From assembly GCA_963782055.1 (NCBI GenBank), contig CAWAIF010000003.1, forward strand, positions 2,880,001-2,944,000: a stretch of DNA of 64,000 nucleotides, written 5' to 3'. The position numbers and the translations under genes were made by a program. Position 1 is the stretch's first letter; every line of letters starts with the position of its first letter. Positions 34,026 to 41,670 of this stretch are shown piece by piece. The notes beneath the pieces were generated by a model that saw only the letters and a list, made by a program, of their open reading frames with translations, did no database searches and was not told the DNA's origin. This DNA is from an uncultured delta proteobacterium. GTDB lineage: Bacteria; Myxococcota_A; Polyangia; Polyangiales; Polyangiaceae.

Positions 34026-34910
34026 ATGACGCTCGTTCGGGCCACAATGCGCGCCGTGCCGTCGCCGCGAGCCGCCGTCTTCGTCCTCGGATGCGTCCTC
34101 GTCGCGGGGTGCGGGCTCTCCACCTACGGCACCGCGCCCCCGGGGGACGACTCCGCCCTCGACGCCTCCGCGGCCGGCGACGCCGCGCCGCTGCCCGAGG
34201 CGAGCGACGGCATCGACGCGGCGACGAAGGATGCTGCCGCGATCGACGCGGCGGTCGCCGACGTGGGGCCGAGCTGCGATCCGGACGTGTGCCCGGGCGA
34301 GCGTTGCGACGCCGGCAAGTGCGCCTTCTACGCCGACTGCCACGGCATGCACACCGCCGACCCCGGGCGCAAGACGGGCATGCACACCTTCAAGGGGGCC
34401 GCCGGCAACTACGCGGCCTGGTGCGACATGGACAAGGCAGGCGGCGGGTGGACGCTCGTCGCGCGCTCGGTGCTCTTCGGCAACTCCTCCTCCTTCGGCT
34501 GGGGGAGCGCCACCGGCACGGCCGCCGACATGGCCAGCCCGTACTCGCTGGACGTGGTGACCAACGGCGTCGCCTTCACCGAGGCGCTCGTCGGAGACCG
34601 CGGCCTCGGCACCAACGTGTGGGGCAACAACGTCTACCAGATCGGGCTCCCCCCCAACTTCCCCGCGAGCCAGGCGAGCAGCGCCGCGGCGACGACGCAG
34701 GTCTCGGTGGTCGCCTCCTACATCTGTCAGACGGGACCGCAGATGCTCGGCAACGTCGGCTTCACCTCCCACACGCAGGACTTCTTCCTGCGCGACAACG
34801 CGACCGACGGTTTTTATGGCCTCGGCCCCGATGGCTTTCACCTCGCGTACTTCGCCAGCTGCGCTGCGGGGTTCCTGGATGGCAACCAGGGCATGATCAT
34901 GGTGCGCTGA
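34026..34910 (+). CDS. Lipoprotein with fibrinogen-like C-terminal domain
   Basis: Lipobox VAGC, DA-rich linker, WCDMDKAGGGWTLVAR; start may be ATG 34047. Confidence 0.8.
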   Translation: MTLVRATMRAVPSPRAAVFVLGCVLVAGCGLSTYGTAPPGDDSALDASAAGDAAPLPEASDGIDAATKDAAAIDAAVADVGPSCDPDVCPGERCDAGKCAFYADCHGMHTADPGRKTGMHTFKGAAGNYAAWCDMDKAGGGWTLVARSVLFGNSSSFGWGSATGTAADMASPYSLDVVTNGVAFTEALVGDRGLGTNVWGNNVYQIGLPPNFPASQASSAAATTQVSVVASYICQTGPQMLGNVGFTSHTQDFFLRDNATDGFYGLGPDGFHLAYFASCAAGFLDGNQGMIMVR

Positions 34911-36505
34911 TGCGGACGAGGAGCCACTGGGCCTGGGGGTTCGAGGACGCGCTGCCCGACGCCGACGCGCGTCGCGCGCTCGCGGCCCAGGTGACCTTCC
35001 TGCTGGGGGGGGAGGCGCTGGCGCTCCGCCCGCTGCCCCACGCCGACCGCGCGCGGATGCCCGAGCCGCGCTGCCACGTGCCGGAGGCGCTCGCGCCCTT
35101 CGCCAACCAGATGCGCGAGGACCGCATCCTGCACGCCCACGGCCGCGGCTACCCCGACATCGTGCGCGGGTTCGAGGGGGACTTCGCGCACGCGCCGGAC
35201 GTGGTCGCCTACCCGCGTGACGAGGAGGACCTCGCCGCGCTCTTCGAGGTGTGCGCGCGGGAGTCGGCGGCGCTCGTCCCCTTCGGCGGGGGCACCAGCG
35301 TCGTCGGCGGGGTGACGTGCGCCTCCGAGCGGCCCGTCGTGTGCGTGGACATGCGTGCATTCTGCAAGGTCCTGGAGGTGGACGACGTCTCCCTCGCGGC
35401 GCGCATCCAGGCGGGGACGAGCGGGCCGGACCTGGAGGCGCAGCTCGCCGCGCGCGGCCTGACCCTGCGCTTCTTCCCCCAGAGCTTCGAGCTCTCCACG
35501 CTGGGCGGGTGGATCGCCACGCGCGCCGGCGGCCACTTCGCCACCGGCCCGACCCACATCGACAATCTCACCGAGTCGGTGCGCATGCTCACGCCCTCCG
35601 GCGTCTACGAGACGCTGCGGGTCCCCGCCTCCGGCGCGGGGCCCGATCCCAACCGCCTGGTGCTCGGCTCGGAGGGCACGCTCGGGGTGATCACCGAGGC
35701 CTGGATGCGCGTCTTCCGCCGGCCGCTCTACCGCGCGAGCGCGAACGTCCTCTTCGGGGATCTGCGCGCCGCCGTCGCCGCCGCGCGGGCGATCGTCCAG
35801 GCGCGGCTGCTGCCCTCCAACTGCCGGGTGCTCGACGCGCGGGAGGCGATGCTCAACGGGGTGGCCGGCGACGGCTCGTGCGTGCTGCTGCTCGCCTTCG
35901 AGTCCGCCGACCACGATCTGCGCGAGGCCATGGAGCGCGCCCTCAAGCTTGCAAGCCGCGAGGGCGGCCGCTGCGAGAAGGGCGCGCGCTACCGCCGCGG
36001 CGGGGAGAAGGCGCGCGGGGGCGGCGGGGAAGGGGAGGCGTGGCGCGCGGCCTTCCTCCGCGGCCCGTACCTGCAGAGCGCGCTGATCAGCATGGGGCTG
36101 GTGATCGACACGTTCGAGACGGCGTGCACCTGGGACCGCTTCGACGCGCTGCACGCGGAGGTGCAGGGCGCGGTGCGCGCGGCGTTCGAGGCGATGGGGG
36201 AGCAGGGGATGCTCTCGTGCCGGGTGACGCACCTGTACCCGGACGGCCTGGCGCCCTACTACACCTTCGCGGTGCGGGGCGCGCCGGGACGCGAGCTCGA
36301 GCAGTGGGACGCGCTCAAGCGCGCGGCGAGCGACGCGCTCTCGCGCGCGGGGGCGACGATCACGCACCACCACGCCGTGGGGCGGACGCACCGGCCCTGG
36401 TACGACCGCGAGCGCCCGGAGCCCTTCGCGGCGGCGCTGCGCGCGGCGAAGCGGGCGCTGGACCCGGCGGGGATCCTGAACCCGGGCGTGCTGATCGACG
36501 TGTGA
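34910..36505 (+). CDS. FAD-binding oxidoreductase, alkyl-dihydroxyacetone-phosphate synthase-like
   Basis: PFGGGTSVVGG, PQSFELSTLGGWIATRAGG, GSEGTLGVITEA, TITHHHAVG, LDPAGILNPG; TGATG coupling. Confidence 0.88.
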   Translation: MRTRSHWAWGFEDALPDADARRALAAQVTFLLGGEALALRPLPHADRARMPEPRCHVPEALAPFANQMREDRILHAHGRGYPDIVRGFEGDFAHAPDVVAYPRDEEDLAALFEVCARESAALVPFGGGTSVVGGVTCASERPVVCVDMRAFCKVLEVDDVSLAARIQAGTSGPDLEAQLAARGLTLRFFPQSFELSTLGGWIATRAGGHFATGPTHIDNLTESVRMLTPSGVYETLRVPASGAGPDPNRLVLGSEGTLGVITEAWMRVFRRPLYRASANVLFGDLRAAVAAARAIVQARLLPSNCRVLDAREAMLNGVAGDGSCVLLLAFESADHDLREAMERALKLASREGGRCEKGARYRRGGEKARGGGGEGEAWRAAFLRGPYLQSALISMGLVIDTFETACTWDRFDALHAEVQGAVRAAFEAMGEQGMLSCRVTHLYPDGLAPYYTFAVRGAPGRELEQWDALKRAASDALSRAGATITHHHAVGRTHRPWYDRERPEPFAAALRAAKRALDPAGILNPGVLIDV

Positions 36506-36521
36506 TGTAGGTGAATGCCAC

Positions 36522-36539
36522 CTACTCCCTAGGGAGTAG
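36522..36539. promoter_or_regulatory. Perfect 18-bp palindrome, NarL/LuxR-type 7-2-7 operator candidate
   Basis: CTACTCCCTAGGGAGTAG upstream of the kelch gene. Confidence 0.55.
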
Positions 36540-36667
36540 TTTGTGACTGCCATGTAAATGCTCCACGGGTTTACGTGGATTCGCGTTGCATCGCCGACGT
36601 CGCCCCGTTAGTACTGTTGCGTCCTCGCGGCGGGTGCCCGGGCAAACGTGGAGGTGGGCCATGGTGT

Positions 36668-39664
36668 GTGCAAAGGTGGGGGGGTAGGCGGGCTGGCCTT
36701 CTGCCGATCGCGATGGCGGCGGTCATCGTGTCGGCGGCGTGTGTCAGGACGCAGGACGACGTGGGGCAGTCGAGCGCGCAGATGTCCTCTGCCGCTTCCC
36801 TCGCGCTGGGGGAGATGCGCGCGGCATTCAAGCTTCGGGTCGAAGAACCTGTCCGCCCGATGGCTGTCTCGAACCGCAACGCGACGCACGACGTCGTGCG
36901 GGAGGTGCTCCGGAAAGGAGACGAAGCATCCTTCCCGCTGGTTGCCGACGGCTACCGCTTCGACAAGGGCGGCGCCAAGGCGCGCGTCACCGTCCCCCTC
37001 CGTTCGGATGGCGCGCTCCACCTCGCCACGGCGGACGGCGTCTACGACGTCACCATCCAGCCGAAGGGGCTGGCGTCGGTCGCGGGCAACGAGGTCGACG
37101 GCTACCTCGTCTACCCGCAGGGTGCGGGCTCGGGTCACCTGGCGTACCGCTCTTCGGTCCGCGGTGTGGAAGATTTCCGCTCCTTGTCGGCGGCGCCGCC
37201 CGGCGCCGACGTGGGCTATGACATCACGCTCGGCAAGCAGATCGCCGGGTTGCGGCTCGTCGAAGGCTCCCTAGAGCTCCTCGACGCCCGCGGCGTCCCG
37301 AGGCTCCGCGTGGCCCATCCCTTCCTCGTCGACGCGAACGGCAAGCCGGTCCACGCGTCGCTCTCCGTCGTGGGCTGTGCGTACGACAAGAGTCCTGCGC
37401 CGCCATGGGGGCGTCCCGTCACCTCTCCGGGCGCGGGGGTGTGCACCGTGCACCTCACGTGGGACAATCAGGGCGTGGCTTACCCCGCGCTGCTCGACCC
37501 GTCCTGGACGACGACGGACTCCATGACAGAAGCGCGCTACCTGCACACGGCGACGCTTCTCGATACCGGCAAGATCCTCGTCGTTGGCGGCTACGGCGAC
37601 ATCGACTACGCCGGCGCCGAGCTCTACGATCCCGACTCCGGAACGTGGGCCACGACGGGCGCTCCGTCGACGAAGCGCGCCCAGCACGGGGCCGCGCTCC
37701 TCGGTTCGGGGAAGGTCCTCATCGCCGGCGGCAACGGGTCCGGGTACACCGTCCTCAGCTCGGCAGAGCTCTACGATCCGTCAGCCGGCACGTGGAGCAC
37801 GACCGGATCGATGGGCACCACCCGCGAGTTCATCGAGGCGAGTGTGCTCTCCACCGGGAAGGTCCTGGTCGCCGGCGGCTACGATGGAAGTGACGATTCG
37901 CTGACCGCGGAGCTCTACGATCCGTCAGCCGGCACGTGGTCGAACACCGGGAGCATGTCGCACAAGCGCTCCTATTATGCATCCGCGCCGCTCCCGAGCG
38001 ACAGCATCCTGGTGACGGGAGGCTTCAGCTCCACCAGCGATACCGCCACGGCCGAGCTCTACGATCCCGGTGCGGGCTCGTGGTCCGCGGCGGGGAGCAT
38101 GTCCAGCGCGCGTTTCTACCATGCCGCGGTCACCACCGCTCTTGGGGTGGTGGTCGCCGGCGGCTTCACCGACCTCGGCTCGACGGCCCTCGACTCGGTG
38201 GACCTCTACAGCGTTTCGAGCAACTCCTGGAGCGCCGGGCCGTCCCTCAGCACCGCGCGTGGCTACGTGGCGGGCACGATCCTCCAGAACGGCGACGCGC
38301 TCTTCGCCGGAGGGTATGACGGCACATCCTCCCTCTCGAGCGTGGACCGACTCAACCCGTTCACCGGCAGCATGGTGTCCACGTCGAGCATGTCCGACGC
38401 ACGGGCCGCGTTCACGCTGACGCCGTACTCCGGCCCGTCGTGGGGCATTCTCGCCGCCGGAGGCTACGGGTCCAGCGGCTTGCTCTCGAGCGCCGAGGTC
38501 TACGATCCGACCGCGGGTACGTCGTCCGCGCAGGTCATGCCCGGCGATCCCGGGACGCCCAGCTACCTCGCGATCGACTGGAACGACGCGAACCCGACGG
38601 GCAACTACAATCTCACCGACACCTTCACCGTCACCGTCAAGAACAACTCCGACGAGACGCGCTACGCCCACGTCGATCTGGTGGGTACCGGCCTCGACCA
38701 GCGCACGGCGGTCCGCAGCGCGTACCAGAACGTCACGCTGAGCGCCCACTCGTCGACGACCGTGAGCATCGAGGCGGGCGACTTCCCCATGCGGAGCGTG
38801 GGAGTAGAGAGCGACATCATCGCCGAGGCGCGCGAGTACTCCCCGAGCAGCGGCGCCGATACGGGCTTCATCAGCTACACCGAGCCCTACTTCGTGGAGT
38901 TCAACGCCACCTACACCACTGCCACCCTGCACGGGATCGAGGGCGCCGACCTCGACCGCACGCAGCCGACGCAGAGCACGACCCAGTCGCAATTCCTGAC
39001 CAGCACCAGCTCCATGGTCTCAAGCGTGTCGAGCCGGCAGGGCGAGGTATGGGACGACGACGACGGCGCGTTCGTGGACGTGACGACGCTCACGCAGACC
39101 GGCAACTCGGTCAGCACCATCGGATCGACGTACGTGGCGCGCGGGCAATGGGCCGCCGACTTCGAGGCGCTCTACCCGTCGTTCACCACGGACTACACAC
39201 CGGGTCCGAACGCCGTGGATCACAAGATCTGCGCGAAGTGGTTCGCCAGGTTCGAGGACGCGAAGGTCCCCGGCAGCTACCAGGATGACTACCTGCGCCT
39301 CCCCTCCAACGCGCCGCCCGGCGCAGGCGTCGCGGTGCCGGCTCGGTATGCCCGGACCATGATCTCCACCGCCGCGAACGAGATCGCCTATGTCGGGAAC
39401 CTGGATGCAGACGGCTGTGTCACCGTGACACTGGACATCGGTAACTTCGTCATCTGGCAGGAGGGGTGGCTGGACCCCAGGCGACCACGAGCATCATCGT
39501 CTCCTACGGCTCGAAGGGGATCGACTTCCAGCAGACCAACTTCGCGTACTCGAATGTTCCGGTGTTTGCGAGCACGGCGTTCTCCATCACGCAGAACGTC
39601 GCCGGCGATCCGCCCGCGATCACTGAGACGGACGACGACTACGCCACCCGGGTCGTCGCCGTGA
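36668..39664 (+). CDS. Secreted kelch-repeat protein (5' part of a probably frameshifted kelch + metalloprotease gene)
   Basis: Signal/lipobox ...AVIVSAAC; about 6-7 kelch repeats (HTATLL..GKILVVGG..AELYDP..GTW); codon pattern breaks near 39470. Start uncertain (GTG 36668, or ATG 36661 if the G7 run is G6). Confidence 0.8.
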   Translation: MQRWGGRRAGLLPIAMAAVIVSAACVRTQDDVGQSSAQMSSAASLALGEMRAAFKLRVEEPVRPMAVSNRNATHDVVREVLRKGDEASFPLVADGYRFDKGGAKARVTVPLRSDGALHLATADGVYDVTIQPKGLASVAGNEVDGYLVYPQGAGSGHLAYRSSVRGVEDFRSLSAAPPGADVGYDITLGKQIAGLRLVEGSLELLDARGVPRLRVAHPFLVDANGKPVHASLSVVGCAYDKSPAPPWGRPVTSPGAGVCTVHLTWDNQGVAYPALLDPSWTTTDSMTEARYLHTATLLDTGKILVVGGYGDIDYAGAELYDPDSGTWATTGAPSTKRAQHGAALLGSGKVLIAGGNGSGYTVLSSAELYDPSAGTWSTTGSMGTTREFIEASVLSTGKVLVAGGYDGSDDSLTAELYDPSAGTWSNTGSMSHKRSYYASAPLPSDSILVTGGFSSTSDTATAELYDPGAGSWSAAGSMSSARFYHAAVTTALGVVVAGGFTDLGSTALDSVDLYSVSSNSWSAGPSLSTARGYVAGTILQNGDALFAGGYDGTSSLSSVDRLNPFTGSMVSTSSMSDARAAFTLTPYSGPSWGILAAGGYGSSGLLSSAEVYDPTAGTSSAQVMPGDPGTPSYLAIDWNDANPTGNYNLTDTFTVTVKNNSDETRYAHVDLVGTGLDQRTAVRSAYQNVTLSAHSSTTVSIEAGDFPMRSVGVESDIIAEAREYSPSSGADTGFISYTEPYFVEFNATYTTATLHGIEGADLDRTQPTQSTTQSQFLTSTSSMVSSVSSRQGEVWDDDDGAFVDVTTLTQTGNSVSTIGSTYVARGQWAADFEALYPSFTTDYTPGPNAVDHKICAKWFARFEDAKVPGSYQDDYLRLPSNAPPGAGVAVPARYARTMISTAANEIAYVGNLDADGCVTVTLDIGNFVIWQEGWLDPRRPRASSSPTARRGSTSSRPTSRTRMFRCLRARRSPSRRTSPAIRPRSLRRTTTTPPGSSP

Positions 39665-40461
39665 TGAGCCAGATCGTGTCTGCCTCTGCCGCCGAGACCG
39701 GGCTCATTGCCAATCACACGTATGAGGCGTGGGCCAACGACGGCTGCGGTGGCCTTGGCGCGTGCTACGATACCAGCAACGATCGATTCCTCATTGGTCC
39801 GGAGCCGAATGGCGGCAAGCACAGCTCATTGTACAAGACCATCATCGCCCACGAGTTCGGGCACAACATCCATGCGAAGGAGCTAGGGGCGGACTCCAGC
39901 GGCGACGGTCACGGGATACCGGGCTACACGTACAACGCGAGCGTCAGCCAGCCCTTTGCTCCTGCATCCGACGTGCAGGACGATGCATGGTGCCGGTGTG
40001 ACTACATCAACACCAGCAACGTGACGCACTGTCCGCCTGTGGCCGTCTCCTGCATGGGAGACGGTTCCGATCCGACGACGAAGTGGATGGAGACGAAGTG
40101 TCCCGACAACGATAGCCATCTTGGCAACGAGTGGGACTGGATGCGCGCGCTGTACCGCATCAACACCCAGACGACCAACAAGTACTCCCTGAGCGACCTT
40201 GCATCCATTTACCGGTTGGCTTGTTCCGGGAGCACCACCGGAGTGTGCACGGCTGGTAGCACCAGCACCGACGTTGGGGAGAATGTGTATTTCAATGCGA
40301 CACCGGATGACTTTTACTACCCACAGGTAGGGACCATCTACGCGGGATACACGAGCCTGGTCGATGCGGCGTGTAGCGTGGAGGGCGGAAGCTGCGACAG
40401 CTTCGACGCTAAGTTCAGCCACTTCTTCAATAGCGGGCAGTCCCAAGGAATCAACCACTGA
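39466..40461 (+). pseudogene. C-terminal HEXXH metalloprotease-like domain continuing the kelch gene in the -1 frame
   Basis: IIAHEFGHNIH; no convincing own start; one extra base in G4 (39463-39466) or C4 (39475-39478) fuses it to the upstream ORF. Confidence 0.65.
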
Positions 40462-41579
40462 TGCATGTGCGACGGCTGGTCGTTGCCGGGCTCGCCGTGA
40501 TGATGCTCGGCTATGCGGCGTTGCGGTGCTCCAGTGGATCCCTCAATACTGGAGATGGCGGCGCTCCGCCCGTGGACGCCAGCGCGGCGCGATGGGATGC
40601 GAGTCCCGACGTGGTCGCGGAGTCTGGTGTAACGTGTGGACGCCCCACCGTGCAGAAACAATGCGCGTCGGACTGGTGCTACGTTCCGCCCGGTTGCTTC
40701 TGGATGGGCTCGCCGGAGACAGAGTTCGGTCGTGGTGCCGCGGACGAGCGTCTGCACGCGGTGACACTGACGCACTCCTTCCTGATCCAGCAGACAGAGA
40801 TGACCCAAGGACAATGGGCGTCGCTCGGCACGGACCTCCTTTCGGGGATCCCGGATGCGGACGGGGGGTTCAAGGATCACGGAACTGGTCCGCGACTGCC
40901 CGTGTATACTGCAACGTACTACGACGCCATGGCCTTCGCCAATGCCTTGTCCAAACGGTTCGGGCTGCCGGAGTGCTACGTCCTGCACGGCTGCACGGGC
41001 TCGACGGGCAAGGTCCTGAAGTGCTCCAGCTACGATCTAACCGCACCCAGCCCATACGAGTGCAACGGGTACCGCCTGCCGACCGAGGCCGAGTGGGAGT
41101 ACGCGGCGCGAGCTGGCACGACGACGGCCTTCTATTCCGGCGACATCACAGCATCGGCGGATTGGGAGGATTGCATCCAGGATGACAGCCTGCTGAAGAT
41201 CGGCTGGTACTGTTTCAACTCTGGGGGAACGCTTCACGAGGTCGGCTTACTCCAGCCGAACGGCTTGGGGTTGTACGACATGTCCGGGAATGAGCCGGAG
41301 TGGGTCCAGGATGGATTCCACAATCTCCCTGCTGACGCCGTGACGGACCCCTACACGCCCCAGCCCGGCTACGAGGCAACATTCCGCGGCGGCGCAGCAA
41401 GTCTCTGGGCCAGCGACGAGCGGTCCGCCAGTCGAGGTTTCGGCCCGGCCTCGGCCCTGTCGGGGCTTCGTCTCGTTCGGACGCTTGCACCGGGCGAGGA
41501 CGCCGGCCCCGGCCCATTTCCCGATGCCGGCTACGACTGGGAGGCCGGTGCCAGCGCGCTTGACGCGTCACCAGAATGA
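40461..41579 (+). CDS. FGE/SUMF1-family (C-type lectin fold) exported protein, probably non-catalytic
   Basis: FWMGSPETE, TEMTQGQW, GYRLPTEAEWEYAARAG, PNGLGLYDMSGN, RGG...GLRLVRT; N-terminal signal; TGATG coupling. Confidence 0.9.
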   Translation: MHVRRLVVAGLAVMMLGYAALRCSSGSLNTGDGGAPPVDASAARWDASPDVVAESGVTCGRPTVQKQCASDWCYVPPGCFWMGSPETEFGRGAADERLHAVTLTHSFLIQQTEMTQGQWASLGTDLLSGIPDADGGFKDHGTGPRLPVYTATYYDAMAFANALSKRFGLPECYVLHGCTGSTGKVLKCSSYDLTAPSPYECNGYRLPTEAEWEYAARAGTTTAFYSGDITASADWEDCIQDDSLLKIGWYCFNSGGTLHEVGLLQPNGLGLYDMSGNEPEWVQDGFHNLPADAVTDPYTPQPGYEATFRGGAASLWASDERSASRGFGPASALSGLRLVRTLAPGEDAGPGPFPDAGYDWEAGASALDASPE

Positions 41580-41670
41580 TCGCGGAGCGCTGGCGTGCGG
41601 CTCGGGCGTGTCACGTCGGCGTGTCGTCTCCGGCGCGCCGCAGGCATCAAGCCTCTGCTAACGTGCTCTG

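Noticed and set aside
40461..41579. Diversity-generating retroelement target (FGE/CLec fold)
   Set aside because: No reverse transcriptase and no adenine-variant template repeat of the 3' region were seen in the window; a remote DGR cannot be excluded.
36506..41600. Prophage or integrative element
   Set aside because: Composition shift only; no integrase, transposase, phage genes, tRNA target or flanking direct repeats found.
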